52,398 bases of DNA from Bifidobacterium breve (lineage in GTDB: Bacteria > Actinomycetota > Actinomycetes > S36-B12 > UBA5976): positions 1-52,398 of the forward strand of contig CAMBGF010000003.1 of NCBI GenBank assembly GCA_945866135.1, read 5' to 3'. This document shows positions 38,908-49,675 of this stretch, in pieces. A program made the translations under genes and the position numbers. A model generated the notes under the pieces. That model was given only the letters and a program-made list of their open reading frames with translations, did no database searches and had not been told where the DNA came from. Position 1 is the first letter of the stretch. Each line of letters begins with the position of its first letter.

Positions 38908-39446
38908 GTAGCCAAAATATTTTCATTCTTGTTTTTGTTGCATTTTGCATTTGGTACTTATCGAATCAAGCTGGCCGGCTAGATCGCCTGCATCATCGCA
39001 TCGATGTTGCTGAGTTGGCTTTGCACGGACAACTTTTGCGACGCGGTGGCATTGTTGCCGAGCTAGCTGCGGTGCCGGGGATTGATCCAGCTTTGTCGGC
39101 GCTGTGGGGCCAAGCAGCGCACGAAGTTTTGATTTTGTCAGAAGTTGCCTCACCGGCCCGCACCCAAGTTGAGGATGAATTAAGTGAAATATTGGTAATG
39201 ACTCTGGGGGATCAGGATGAAGTCAACGAAATCCGAAGCATCGCACTTGCGGCCTCTCTACTCGATGAGTTAGCCCAAGTCAGCACTCGAATCCAGATGA
39301 GCCACCAGTTTCACACCGATGCCGTGCGCGATTGCCTCGAGATTCGTGAGCAGTTTCTAGTCCGGTTTTGCCACTTGGCTGGCTTCGCCAAGCCCCCAGT
39401 GCGCTTTGCGTTGGCCGATGAATTTCCAGAGTTTCTTTTCAACTAG
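38904..39446 (+). CDS. Conserved membrane-anchored hypothetical protein (pimA-pdxS linked)
   Basis: N-terminal TM; AGRLDRLHHR, FHTDAVRD, LAG; ATGA overlap with pimA. Confidence 0.75.
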   Translation: MSSQNIFILVFVAFCIWYLSNQAGRLDRLHHRIDVAELALHGQLLRRGGIVAELAAVPGIDPALSALWGQAAHEVLILSEVASPARTQVEDELSEILVMTLGDQDEVNEIRSIALAASLLDELAQVSTRIQMSHQFHTDAVRDCLEIREQFLVRFCHLAGFAKPPVRFALADEFPEFLFN

Positions 39447-39503
39447 CAAAACCCCCCTAGGTGACTAGACTTGGGTATCCCGAGCAACCTTTAAGAGGAA
39501 ATC

Positions 39504-40421
39504 ATGGCCAACGAGGCAAAGAAAGATGCAGCTAAGACCGGCGTAACTGGAACGACTCGAGTAAAGCGCGGAATGGCTGACATGCTCAAAGGCGGCGTCA
39601 TCATGGACGTAGTCAACGTTGAGCAAGCAAAAATTGCCGAAGATTCTGGCGCAATTGCCGTTATGGCTCTTGAGCGCGTTCCGGCTGACATTCGCGCCCA
39701 GGGCGGGGTGGCTCGTATGAGTGACCCAGACATGATCGATGAAATCATCAAGGCAGTCTCCATCCCAGTTATGGCTAAAGCTCGAATCGGTCACTTCGTT
39801 GAAGCTCAAGTTATCCAAAGTCTTGGTGTTGACTACATCGATGAGTCGGAAGTTCTTACCCCGGCCGATTACTTCCACCACATTGACAAATGGCAGTTCA
39901 CAGTTCCCTTCGTTTGTGGCGCAACAAATCTTGGCGAAGCGCTTCGTCGCATTAATGAAGGCGCTGCAATGATCCGCTCAAAGGGTGAGGCTGGAACTGG
40001 CGATGTTTCAAATGCAACTATGCACATCCGAACCATTAAAAGTGAGATCAGAAAACTTTCTTCAATGAGTAAAGATGAGCTCTACGTTGCAGCTAAGGAA
40101 CTACAAGCACCTTACGATTTAGTTTGTGAAGTTGCCGAAACTGGAGCACTTCCAGTTGTGCTGTTCACTGCAGGTGGCATAGCTACTCCAGCTGATGCCG
40201 CGATGATGATGCAACTTGGCGCAGACGGTGTTTTTGTCGGTTCAGGAATTTTCAAGTCAGGCGATCCAGTTAAACGAGCAAACGCGATTGTGCAAGCAAC
40301 TCTGCACTTTGATAATCCAGATGAAATTGCAAAAGCAACACGTGGGCTTGGCGAAGCAATGGTGGGCATCAATGTTGCCGACATACCTGCGCCACATCGT
40401 TTAGCTGAGCGTGGCTGGTAG
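39504..40421 (+). CDS. pdxS: PLP synthase lyase subunit
   Basis: [50 protein letters not shown]. Confidence 0.98.
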   Translation: MANEAKKDAAKTGVTGTTRVKRGMADMLKGGVIMDVVNVEQAKIAEDSGAIAVMALERVPADIRAQGGVARMSDPDMIDEIIKAVSIPVMAKARIGHFVEAQVIQSLGVDYIDESEVLTPADYFHHIDKWQFTVPFVCGATNLGEALRRINEGAAMIRSKGEAGTGDVSNATMHIRTIKSEIRKLSSMSKDELYVAAKELQAPYDLVCEVAETGALPVVLFTAGGIATPADAAMMMQLGADGVFVGSGIFKSGDPVKRANAIVQATLHFDNPDEIAKATRGLGEAMVGINVADIPAPHRLAERGW

Positions 40422-40426
40422 TTGTC

Positions 40427-41032
40427 GTGTCCCCAGTTATTGGGGTTCTCGCAATTCAAGGTGACGTGCGAGAGCATGCTCATTGCCTTACCGAACTCGG
40501 GGCGCAAGTGCGACTGGTAAAAACAGCAGAGCAACTTGTTGGCCTTGCTGGTTTGGTAATCCCGGGCGGTGAATCCACGACTATGAGTATTTTGGCGGTC
40601 AAAAATCAATTGATTGAGCCATTGCGGGAGCTTAGGGCGCAAATCCCGATGTATGGTTCCTGCGCTGGATTAATAATGCTGGCAAACACCATCACTGATG
40701 GTCGAAGTGATCAACAAACTATTGGCGGTCTTGATATTTGCGCAAAGCGAAATGCCTTCGGGAGGCAAGTCGATTCCTTCGAAATTGATCTGAAGATTCC
40801 AGCAATCGGTGAACCTGACTTTCACGCTATTTTTATTCGCGCGCCGCTGGTTGAATCAGCAAGTGACGCTGTGGAAGTTTTGGCAGCCATTCCAGGGGAG
40901 CGCTCACTAACTGGGTCTGAACAAATTGTTGCTGTGAGACAAGGTAATCTCATGGCAACGTCATTTCATCCTGAGATCACGTCGGATTTGCGAATACATA
41001 AGTATTTTGTAGAAATGGTGAGGTCAGCATGA
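40427..41032 (+). CDS. pdxT: PLP synthase glutaminase subunit
   Basis: GVLAIQG, PGGEST, GSCAG, RNAFGRQ, FIRAP, FHPE. Confidence 0.97.
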   Translation: MSPVIGVLAIQGDVREHAHCLTELGAQVRLVKTAEQLVGLAGLVIPGGESTTMSILAVKNQLIEPLRELRAQIPMYGSCAGLIMLANTITDGRSDQQTIGGLDICAKRNAFGRQVDSFEIDLKIPAIGEPDFHAIFIRAPLVESASDAVEVLAAIPGERSLTGSEQIVAVRQGNLMATSFHPEITSDLRIHKYFVEMVRSA

Positions 41033-41784
41033 GCGGCCATTCAAAATGGGCGACAACTAAGCACAAGAAAGCTGTTATTGACTCTCGCCGGGGAAAGTTG
41101 TTCGCCAAACTTGTTAAGAATATTGAAGTCGCAGCTCGCTTAGGGGGCAGTGACACATCAGCAAACCCAACTTTGTATGACGCAATCACAAAAGCAAAGA
41201 AAAGCTCAGTCCCAAATGACAACATTGATCGGGCCGTAAAACGCGGTTCAGGCGTTGAAGCTGGTGGCGCGGATTATCAAACAATCATGTACGAGGGTTA
41301 TGGTCCAAATGGCGTTGCATTGCTGATCGAGTGTCTAACCGATAACAAAAACCGCGCAGCCTCAGATACTCGAGTTGCTGTGACGCGTAACGGCGGAACT
41401 ATGGCAGATCCAGGATCAGTTTCCTACATGTTTGAACGCAAGGGTGTTGTGATGGTGCCACAAGGCGCGGCAACTGAAGAACAGATCTTCGAAGCGGTTC
41501 TAGAGGCCGGCGCAGATGAAGTTAATGATCATGGTGGCAGTGTGGAAATCATCAGCGATTCAAAGGATGTCGTAGCGGTTCGCCAAGCGCTGCAGGCTGC
41601 TGGAATTGATTACGAATCTGCAGAATCCACTTTCGTACCCAATATGTCGGTGCCAGTAGACGCTAACACTGCGCGCAAAGTCTTTGCTCTAATTGAAGCC
41701 CTGGAAGATGTGGACGATGTCCAAAACGTGTTCACCAACATCGATATTTCCGATTCCGTCTTAGCTGAGCTCGCCGACGAGTAA
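41029..41784 (+). CDS. YebC/PmpR family protein
   Basis: [35 protein letters not shown]. Confidence 0.96.
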   Translation: MSGHSKWATTKHKKAVIDSRRGKLFAKLVKNIEVAARLGGSDTSANPTLYDAITKAKKSSVPNDNIDRAVKRGSGVEAGGADYQTIMYEGYGPNGVALLIECLTDNKNRAASDTRVAVTRNGGTMADPGSVSYMFERKGVVMVPQGAATEEQIFEAVLEAGADEVNDHGGSVEIISDSKDVVAVRQALQAAGIDYESAESTFVPNMSVPVDANTARKVFALIEALEDVDDVQNVFTNIDISDSVLAELADE

Positions 41785-41898
41785 TTCGCAAATATCGGAA
41801 TCTGCCCAGATATTTCGGGATTTTTCCAATTTCGACACTCTGAAGTTATCCACTTTATGATTAAATCCGCCACTTTTGCACTCATATGGCATAGGCTT

Positions 41899-41914
41899 TC
41901 GAACAGATGTTCGG
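41899..41914. promoter_or_regulatory. LexA (SOS) box upstream of ruvC
   Basis: TCGAAC-AGAT-GTTCGG matches the Gram-positive GAAC-N4-GTTC consensus; lies between -10 TAGGCT (41892-41897) and RBS GGAGG. Confidence 0.85.
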
Positions 41915-41921
41915 AGGTGAA

Positions 41922-42449
41922 ATGCGGATTTTAGGTATCGATCCAGGGCTAACGCGCTGTGGTGTTGGAATTGTTGATCTAGACAGTAATCGGCGAACTA
42001 CTTTTGTTGCCGTTCACGTAATTCGCACGCCGCCAGCAAATGACTTGCCACAGCGCCTGCTCGAGCTGGAAACGCAGCTGCGCGAGTTATTTGTTACCTA
42101 CCAACCGCAGGCTGTTGCTATCGAGCGAGTTTTTAGCCAGCACAATGTGCGAAGTGCGATGGGAACTGCGCAAGCCAGTGCGATCGCTATGTTAATTGCA
42201 GCGCGTAGCGGTCTTGATGTTGCGATGTACACACCGACTGAAGTTAAGGCAGCCGTAACTGGTTACGGCCGAGCTGATAAAACACAGATCACAGCCATGG
42301 TCACCAGGCTTTTGAATTTAAAAGAGGCGCCCAAGCCCGCAGATGCTGCTGACGCGCTAGCACTTGCGCTATGTCACGCGTGGAAAGGTCAGGGCAATGC
42401 CAGAATTGCGCAGCACCTGCAAAAGATTGCCGTAGTAGTTGCGTCATGA
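41922..42449 (+). CDS. ruvC: Holliday junction resolvase
   Basis: ILGIDPG, AIERVF, EVKAAVTGYGRADK, DAADALA; ATG 41922 behind GGAGG. Confidence 0.96.
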   Translation: MRILGIDPGLTRCGVGIVDLDSNRRTTFVAVHVIRTPPANDLPQRLLELETQLRELFVTYQPQAVAIERVFSQHNVRSAMGTAQASAIAMLIAARSGLDVAMYTPTEVKAAVTGYGRADKTQITAMVTRLLNLKEAPKPADAADALALALCHAWKGQGNARIAQHLQKIAVVVAS

Positions 42450-43042
42450 TTTCCTCCATAAGTGGTCCAGTTTTGGAAATCCGCCCAGATTCTCTAGTCA
42501 TTGCAGTAGGTGGAGTTGGCATGATGGTGATGTGCGCCCCCGACACAATTTCGCAAGCTCGGCTAAACCAAGAAACAACATTGTTTACTTCATTGATAGT
42601 GCGTGAGGACTCACTTACGCTTTTTGGATTTGCTTTCGCCCAAGATCGCGAGATGTTTGAAGTAGTTCAGGGAGTTTCCGGCTTCGGTCCAAAGTTGGCA
42701 TTCACTATTTTGTCCGCGCTACCCGCGGATGAGTTGCGTACTGCGATTGGCAATGAAGATCTTGCCAGGCTTAAACAGACGCCAGGGGTTGGAGCCAAAG
42801 GCGCACAACGACTTGTTTTGGAATTAAAGGATCGAATTGGGACACCCTCACGCAGTGCCCATCATGTAACTGGTAATTCCTCGCATTGGCAAACGCAAGT
42901 AGAGCAGGGACTCCTTGGCCTGGGCTGGAATGCGCGCGAAGCTCAGCGAGCTATTTCGGCGGTCATTGAAGAAGGCGTTGATGATCCCGGGGCTACTTCA
43001 GATTTACTTCGTCGCGCGCTGCAGATCTTGGCAGGAGCATGA
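42446..43042 (+). CDS. ruvA: Holliday junction branch migration protein RuvA
   Basis: VRED..TLFGF, HhH motifs GFGPK and PGVGAK; ATG 42446 in ATGA overlap. Confidence 0.95.
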   Translation: MISSISGPVLEIRPDSLVIAVGGVGMMVMCAPDTISQARLNQETTLFTSLIVREDSLTLFGFAFAQDREMFEVVQGVSGFGPKLAFTILSALPADELRTAIGNEDLARLKQTPGVGAKGAQRLVLELKDRIGTPSRSAHHVTGNSSHWQTQVEQGLLGLGWNAREAQRAISAVIEEGVDDPGATSDLLRRALQILAGA

Positions 43043-44064
43043 GCGAGCGCATGGTTAATCCGGCGTTAGCCGAGCAGGAAAAAGTTGCCGACGCTGCGCT
43101 ACGTCCTACTTCGCTGGCTGATTTCGTTGGACAGCAACGCGTCAAGGATCAATTGAATTTAGTGTTGAGCGCAGCGAAACAACGAAATGCAAGTGCTGAT
43201 CACATTTTGTTATCTGGCCCACCAGGCCTTGGAAAGACCACTTTGGCAATGATCATCGCGGCTGAAGTTGGCGCGCCACTTCGGATCACAAGTGGACCAA
43301 CGATTCAGCATGCGGGAGATCTAGCGAGCATACTTTCGAGTTTGATACCTGGTGAAGTTTTGTTTTTAGATGAGATCCATCGGATGTCTCGCGCGGCTGA
43401 AGAAATGATGTATTTAGCAATGGAAGATTTTCGTGTTGACGTCATGGTGGGAAAAGGACCGGGGGCGACTTCAATCCCGCTGGAACTTCCACCATTTACA
43501 TTAGTTGGCGCAACTACGCGCGCTGGCATGTTGCCCGCGCCACTACGTGATCGGTTTGGATTCACCGCTCATTTGGATTACTACGAACCAAATGAACTTG
43601 AACAGATAGTGCACCGCTCAGCTAAAGCGCTGCACATCAAGATTGATGATCAATCAGCCAGTGAGCTATCTCGCAGGTCGCGCGGCACACCAAGAATTGC
43701 AAACCGGTTGTTGCGCCGATCGCGCGATTATGCGCAGGTTCATCATGATGGCGAATTAACAGTTGCCCGAACTCAAGCAGCTCTTGAGCTTTATGAAGTA
43801 GATGATTTAGGTCTTGACCGATTAGATCGAGCAGTTTTGATTGCGTTGATTGACAAATTTGCTGGTGGTCCAGTTGGTCTATCAACTCTGGCTCTTGCAG
43901 TAGGTGAGGAGCCAGAAACGGTAGATAGTGTGTGTGAACCATTCTTAGTGCGCCAAGGCTTCATAACGCGCACCCCAAGAGGACGTGTTGCCACGCCAGC
44001 CGCTTGGGTCGCGCTTGGGCGAAAACGTCCGAATTTGCCTAATCAATTACCGCTTGAGGACTAG
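43039..44064 (+). CDS. ruvB: Holliday junction helicase RuvB
   Basis: [43 protein letters not shown]. Confidence 0.98.
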   Translation: MSERMVNPALAEQEKVADAALRPTSLADFVGQQRVKDQLNLVLSAAKQRNASADHILLSGPPGLGKTTLAMIIAAEVGAPLRITSGPTIQHAGDLASILSSLIPGEVLFLDEIHRMSRAAEEMMYLAMEDFRVDVMVGKGPGATSIPLELPPFTLVGATTRAGMLPAPLRDRFGFTAHLDYYEPNELEQIVHRSAKALHIKIDDQSASELSRRSRGTPRIANRLLRRSRDYAQVHHDGELTVARTQAALELYEVDDLGLDRLDRAVLIALIDKFAGGPVGLSTLALAVGEEPETVDSVCEPFLVRQGFITRTPRGRVATPAAWVALGRKRPNLPNQLPLED

Positions 44065-44075
44065 CGGGCGGTGAA

Positions 44076-44099
44076 TTAGTGGGCGCAAATGCCCACTAA
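44076..44099. terminator. Hairpin after ruvB (possible terminator)
   Basis: TTAGTGGGC / GCCCACTAA perfect 9-bp stem plus a G-U pair; no strong U tract. Confidence 0.45.
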
Positions 44100-44173
44100 A
44101 CTTGTGATTTGTGTGTCAGCACTTTGATTCGCGCAGCGCAGTAACCGCATCCTTAACGAAAAGGCTTTTATAA

Positions 44174-45757
44174 GTGGCTAAGCATTACCGTCCAGGCAGA
44201 TCACTGCTGGTATTTACTCTTGGACTTGTTGGGTTATTGGTATGGGCTTTCCTGCCTGGTGAGAATCATTCTCCTAAATTAGGCCTTGACTTGCGTGGTG
44301 GTACCCAAGTTATTTTGTCGCCAAAAGTGGCCGATGGACAAACTCTGAGCCAGGAACAATTGGATCAAACAGTTGCCATTATTCGCCAACGGGTAGATGG
44401 TTTCGGTGTTGCAGAATCTGAAGTAACTATTCAAGGATCAGGCGATTCCGCAAAAATTATTGTCACAATCCCAGGTGAAACTAGTCGCACAGTTGTGGAT
44501 CAGTTAAAAACAACTGCGCAATTAAATTTCCGGCCAGTGGTCGCGATTGATTTCGGCACACCGCAACCAACTGCTTCGCCAACTCCATCAGCAAGTGCGA
44601 GTGAGAGTCCGGCGATTGATTCAACACCAACACCAACTCCAACTTCCTCAGTTGCTCCCGAATTACTATTGCCTCCGATCCAGTCACCAGATGCTTCAGG
44701 GGATTTTTCGGAGCGGTTTACTGCGCTGGACTGCAGCACCTCAGAAATACTCAAAGGCGCAACAGATAACCCTTCGCAGTACTTAATTACCTGTGAAGAA
44801 GATGGGTCCTACAAATACGTGTTAGCACCAGCTGATTTAGTTGGAACCGATATTGAAAGCGCCACGGCAGGACTTCCACAGCAGGGAGCTGGTGGCTGGC
44901 AAGTTGAACTGCTTATGACGACTGAAGGCGCAAAGAAGTTTGCAACTTCTACCCAGAGTCTTTCAGCCCAACAATCGCCAAATGATCAGTTTGCTATCGT
45001 GCTTGATGGCGTTGTAATTAGCGCGCCATCAGTTAACGAACCAATTCTTGGTGGCTCTGCGGTTATCTCTGGATCATTCACTGCGGATGAAGCCCGCGCG
45101 TTAGCTCAAGTTCTAAAGTACGGCGCGCTGCCGGTTAGCTTAGAAGTTGATGAAGTGCAGCAGATTTCACCTACTCTGGGCGCGGATCAATTGCGCGCTG
45201 GATTAATCGCTGGTGGCTTTGGTTTGTTGCTGGTAATCATTTACTTGCTGCTTTACTATCGCGCGTTAGGCGCAATTGCCGTAGTTAGTCTTTTTGCAGC
45301 TGCTGCTATGACGTATTTTGTTTTCATTATTTTGGGTCGCGGAATTGGATTTACCTTGACTCTCGCTGGAGTGGCAGGAGCAATTGTCGCTATCGGTATT
45401 ACGGCAGATTCTTTTGTTATCTATTTTGAGCGAATTCGAGATGAAATTCGTGAAGGCAAGAGGTTGCGCATCGCAGTTGAACAGGGATGGACTAGGGCTA
45501 GGCGCACCATTTTGGCAGCTGACTTCGTTTCACTTCTTGCAGCGGCAATCTTGTTCTATCTTTCGGTGGGAAGCGTGCGTGGTTTCGCGTTTACTTTAGG
45601 TTTGATCACATTCGTTGACATCGCAGTGGCTTTCTTATTTACTCGCTCGCTAGTAACAAGGTTGGCATCATCTAAGTGGATGAATAAAGGTTCAGCAATG
45701 ACAGGTGTTTCGCCAACTCGACTTGGGGTTATCACTGCACAGGAAGAGGTTAACTAA
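44174..45757 (+). CDS. secD: Protein translocase subunit SecD
   Basis: LGLDLRGG, RQRVD, FAIVLDG, YGALP, GITADSFVIYFERIRDE, VRGFA. Confidence 0.96.
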   Translation: MAKHYRPGRSLLVFTLGLVGLLVWAFLPGENHSPKLGLDLRGGTQVILSPKVADGQTLSQEQLDQTVAIIRQRVDGFGVAESEVTIQGSGDSAKIIVTIPGETSRTVVDQLKTTAQLNFRPVVAIDFGTPQPTASPTPSASASESPAIDSTPTPTPTSSVAPELLLPPIQSPDASGDFSERFTALDCSTSEILKGATDNPSQYLITCEEDGSYKYVLAPADLVGTDIESATAGLPQQGAGGWQVELLMTTEGAKKFATSTQSLSAQQSPNDQFAIVLDGVVISAPSVNEPILGGSAVISGSFTADEARALAQVLKYGALPVSLEVDEVQQISPTLGADQLRAGLIAGGFGLLLVIIYLLLYYRALGAIAVVSLFAAAAMTYFVFIILGRGIGFTLTLAGVAGAIVAIGITADSFVIYFERIRDEIREGKRLRIAVEQGWTRARRTILAADFVSLLAAAILFYLSVGSVRGFAFTLGLITFVDIAVAFLFTRSLVTRLASSKWMNKGSAMTGVSPTRLGVITAQEEVN

Positions 45758-46845
45758 TGGCTAGTTTGAGTCAATTGGGAAACGGTCTTTACCGAGGCGA
45801 AGTATCGCTAAACATTGTTGGACGACGGAGAACTTGGTACTTGATTTCGGCGATTCTGATTGCGTTATCAATTTCAACATTAGGTGTCCAAAAACTTAAT
45901 TTAGGAATTGAGTTCAAGGGTGGAGCCGAATTCTCGGTGCCACTAGCAGTTGCCGACGATCAATCAGTCACCCAAGCACGAGAAGCGGTAATTGCTGCGG
46001 GCGAGACACCATCTTCGGTAACTGTAATTGGTGGTAACAAAGTTCGCATCCAAACTCCAGCGTTGTCCACAGAGGCCTCAAATGCGCTAAGTGCGGCGCT
46101 TGCTGCTTCATTTTCGGTTACTGAAACTGACATAAAAGTTCAGTTAGTTGGACCTACTTGGGGTGATGAAGTTTCTAAGAATGCGGCGCGAGCTCTAGTT
46201 GTATTTTTGATCCTGGTATCTATTTTCTTATCCATCTATTTTGAATGGCCTATGGCGGTTGGCGCACTCGTTGCGTTGGCACACGATGTTTTGATTACTG
46301 TTGGCATTTACGCACTCAGCGGTTTTGAGGTAACGCCAGCAAGTGTCATTGGGTTCCTGACGATTTTGGGATACTCGCTCTACGACACCGTGGTGGTATT
46401 CGACAAAGTCAAGGAAAATACTAAGGAAATCTATGGGGGATCGCGCTCTACTTATAGTGAAGCTGCAAACCTTGCACTTAATCAGACTTTAGTTCGAAGT
46501 ATTAACACCTCGGTAGTTGCGCTACTTCCGGTGCTTTCGATTCTGGTTGTCGGTGTCTCGTTACTTGGTGTTGGAACTCTAAATGATTTGGCATTAGCAC
46601 TGTTCGTTGGAATGTTGGTCGGTACTTATTCATCACTTTTCGTGGCAACTCCAGTGTTATGCCAAATTAAAGAACGCCAGCCCGCAAGTATCGCTCTTGC
46701 TAAGCGCGTTGCGGCCCGGCGCAAAGGCAATTCTGAAGCGCAAGTCATTGCGCCAGTGCTGGCATCAGGAGTTTCAACAGTTTCTGCGGCTGGGCCGCGG
46801 CAGCAGATCGTAAAAAAGACGCGATCTCGTAGATCAGGACACTAA
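45757..46845 (+). CDS. secF: Protein translocase subunit SecF
   Basis: LGIEFKGG, VGPTWG, AHD, GYSLYDTVVVFDKVKEN, RSINTS. Confidence 0.96.
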   Translation: MASLSQLGNGLYRGEVSLNIVGRRRTWYLISAILIALSISTLGVQKLNLGIEFKGGAEFSVPLAVADDQSVTQAREAVIAAGETPSSVTVIGGNKVRIQTPALSTEASNALSAALAASFSVTETDIKVQLVGPTWGDEVSKNAARALVVFLILVSIFLSIYFEWPMAVGALVALAHDVLITVGIYALSGFEVTPASVIGFLTILGYSLYDTVVVFDKVKENTKEIYGGSRSTYSEAANLALNQTLVRSINTSVVALLPVLSILVVGVSLLGVGTLNDLALALFVGMLVGTYSSLFVATPVLCQIKERQPASIALAKRVAARRKGNSEAQVIAPVLASGVSTVSAAGPRQQIVKKTRSRRSGH

Positions 46846-46849
46846 CTAA

Positions 46850-47377
46850 ATGGATCGTGCCGGAGTAGCCGCGTTAATTGCGCAAATTCCGGACTACCCA
46901 TTGCCTGGTGTGGTCTTTAAAGATGTGACGCCAATTTCCGGTGATCCAGCTGCGACCAAGTGGGTTAACTCACAAATTGCTGAACACTTTTCCAAAAGCA
47001 AGATCACTCGGATTGTTGGCGTGGAAGCGCGCGGATTTATTCTTGGTGCTTCACTTGCCACGCACATGGATTTGGGTTTCGTGCCAATCCGCAAGAGCGG
47101 AAAACTTCCGCGAGCTACTTTCCGCGCTGATTACGAGCTGGAATACGGCGCTGACTCAATCGAGATTCATCAAGACGCCCTAACTAAAGGTGATCGAGTG
47201 CTAATTGTTGACGATGTATTAGCCACCGGCGGTACAGCTTGCGCAGCGATTGACTTGATTGAAGAATGTGGCGCGACTGTTGTGGGGATTTCGGTTCTGC
47301 TGGACCTGGCATTTCTTGGGGGCAGTGCCAAAGTTGCACTGCGCGATGCGAATGTGGATGTCTTCGCAGTTCTATAG
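46850..47377 (+). CDS. apt: Adenine phosphoribosyltransferase
   Basis: PDYPLPGVVFKD, EARGF, RKSGKLP, LEYG, VDDVLATGGT. Confidence 0.96.
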   Translation: MDRAGVAALIAQIPDYPLPGVVFKDVTPISGDPAATKWVNSQIAEHFSKSKITRIVGVEARGFILGASLATHMDLGFVPIRKSGKLPRATFRADYELEYGADSIEIHQDALTKGDRVLIVDDVLATGGTACAAIDLIEECGATVVGISVLLDLAFLGGSAKVALRDANVDVFAVL

Positions 47378-47415
47378 ATTACAAATAGACTTAGAGCCAA
47401 GCATTAGGAGGCGAC

Positions 47416-49650
47416 ATGACCAGTGAACTCACTGCCACGCCCTTAGTTCAGGCCCTAAAAGATCGATTTCCACAAGGTTTAGATACTCCAATACCGGATC
47501 AACTCGTTGAAGTCATCAATACTTTGGTCGGTTTTCACCCTGGCAGCGATCGCAATGAAGTAATTCGGGCATTTCAAACTGCAGACTATTTCCATAGACT
47601 GCAAAATCGTAAATCGGGCGAGCAATACATAACACATCCGATTGCCGTAGCAGGTTTGCTCGCGGACCTGGGTATGACTACGCCCACCATTATCGCTGCG
47701 CTACTACACGACACAGTTGAAGATACTGATTACAACTTGGACCATCTGCGCGCCGACTTTGGTGATGAGATTGCTGGATTAGTTGATGGCGTTACTAAAT
47801 TGGACAAACTCAAGTACGGCCAAGCATCGGCATCAGAAACTGTTCGCAAAATGGTCGTCGCCATGGCCAGAGACATCCGCGTTCTGGTCATAAAGCTTGT
47901 GGATAGATTGCACAACATGCGAACTCTTTCGTATCTTTCCATCGAGAAGCAAGAACAAAAAGCTCGCGAGACGCTTGAAATTTATGCGCCACTTGCGCAT
48001 CGCTTGGGAATGAATTCTATTAAGTGGGAGCTGGAAGATTTAGCGTTTGCTTCGCTTTACCCCAAAATGAGTGAAGAGATTGCCAGACTTGTTACCCAGC
48101 GAGCTCCAGCGCGCGATGAAAGTCTGCAAACAATCGTAGATGACCTAACGATTGACTTAACTGATAACCACATCGAGGCAATAGTCTCTGGACGACCTAA
48201 ACATTTTTACAGTATCTATCAAAAAATGATTGTGCGAGGCCGCGATTTTGACGACATCTATGATCTGATCGGTGTTCGCATTTTGGTTGAGAGTATCCAA
48301 GATTGTTACGCAACACTTGGAATCATTCACGGTCGGTGGAATCCAGTCCCAGGGCGATTCAAAGATTACATTGCAATGCCAAAGTTCACGATGTATCAGT
48401 CGCTACACACCACCGTCATCGGCCCAAATGGTAAGCCCGTTGAATTCCAGATCCGTACTCATGAGATGCACAGGGCCGCAGAATATGGTGTTGCCTCGCA
48501 TTGGCGTTACAAGCAAGACAAAGTTGCTGGCAAGGATGGGCCAGATGATTTAGGTTGGGTTCGCCAACTTTTGGATTTGCAGCGTGAGACTGCCGACCCT
48601 GGCGATTTTATGGATTCCCTGCGTGATGACTTAGGTGCATCCGAGGTTTATGTATTTACTCCTAAAGGTGAAGTCATGGCTTTGCCGGCTGGAAGTACCC
48701 CAATTGATTTTGCTTACAGTGTGCACACCGAAGTTGGCAATCGATGTGTTGGAGCCCGGATAAATGGCAAACTCGCACCGCTTGATTCCAAGTTATCCAA
48801 TGGCGACAACGTTGAGATCATCACTAACAAGTCAGATTCAGCTGGTCCGACGCAAGACTGGATAAACATTGTTGCCAGCGCCCGCGCCAAATCTAAAATC
48901 AAAGCGTGGTTCTCTAAGGAGCGACGCGAAGAGGCGATTGAGGCTGGCAAAGAAGCAATAATTCGAGCCATGAAAAAAGCGGGTGTGCCACTTCGCCTGT
49001 TAACAAATAACGCACTTAATACTTTGGCAATTGAATCTAATTACAGTGACGTCACTGCGCTATACGCGGCAGTAGGCGAGGGCAATTTAGGCGCCCAGAC
49101 CGTTGTCACAAGGTTTACTGCCTTACATGGCGGGGACGAAAGAGTTGACGAAGATGCTTCAGAACAAGTGCTGCCAGGGCGAGTTGCTAGTCGCCGCGCA
49201 GCCAAGCCAGATCCGGGTATCACCGTAATTGGCGCCGATGACACTTGGGTTAAATTGTCTCGTTGCTGCACACCAGTTCCTGGCGATGAGGTCTTGGGAT
49301 TTGTGACACGTGGTTCCGGTATTTCAGTACATCGAACAGATTGTGTGAATGCCGACTCGCTGCGTGAGCAACCAGAACGGCTAGTTGAAGTCGCTTGGAC
49401 GCCAGGCAAATCAAGTATCTTCCTAGTCAACATCCAAGTTGAAGCCCTAGATCGAGCAAGATTGCTCTCTGATGTTACGCGCACGCTATCTGATCAACAT
49501 GTAAATATTTTGAATGCCTCAGTGACCACCACAAAGGATCGTGTGGCGATATCCAGGTTTACTTTCGAAATGGGAGATCCTTCGCATTTGAATAACGTAC
49601 TGCGAGCTGTTCGTGGCATTGATGGCGTTTACGACGTCTACCGTGTGTAG
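47416..49650 (+). CDS. relA: Bifunctional (p)ppGpp synthetase/hydrolase Rel
   Basis: [35 protein letters not shown]; TGS, CC and ACT domains; RBS AGGAGG. Confidence 0.97.
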   Translation: MTSELTATPLVQALKDRFPQGLDTPIPDQLVEVINTLVGFHPGSDRNEVIRAFQTADYFHRLQNRKSGEQYITHPIAVAGLLADLGMTTPTIIAALLHDTVEDTDYNLDHLRADFGDEIAGLVDGVTKLDKLKYGQASASETVRKMVVAMARDIRVLVIKLVDRLHNMRTLSYLSIEKQEQKARETLEIYAPLAHRLGMNSIKWELEDLAFASLYPKMSEEIARLVTQRAPARDESLQTIVDDLTIDLTDNHIEAIVSGRPKHFYSIYQKMIVRGRDFDDIYDLIGVRILVESIQDCYATLGIIHGRWNPVPGRFKDYIAMPKFTMYQSLHTTVIGPNGKPVEFQIRTHEMHRAAEYGVASHWRYKQDKVAGKDGPDDLGWVRQLLDLQRETADPGDFMDSLRDDLGASEVYVFTPKGEVMALPAGSTPIDFAYSVHTEVGNRCVGARINGKLAPLDSKLSNGDNVEIITNKSDSAGPTQDWINIVASARAKSKIKAWFSKERREEAIEAGKEAIIRAMKKAGVPLRLLTNNALNTLAIESNYSDVTALYAAVGEGNLGAQTVVTRFTALHGGDERVDEDASEQVLPGRVASRRAAKPDPGITVIGADDTWVKLSRCCTPVPGDEVLGFVTRGSGISVHRTDCVNADSLREQPERLVEVAWTPGKSSIFLVNIQVEALDRARLLSDVTRTLSDQHVNILNASVTTTKDRVAISRFTFEMGDPSHLNNVLRAVRGIDGVYDVYRV

Positions 49651-49675
49651 CAAGTGCGAGCGAATCTAGCTCTAA

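Noticed and set aside
44560-44660. CCAACT-like repeats in secD
   Set aside because: Encode a Pro/Thr/Ser linker common in actinobacterial SecD.
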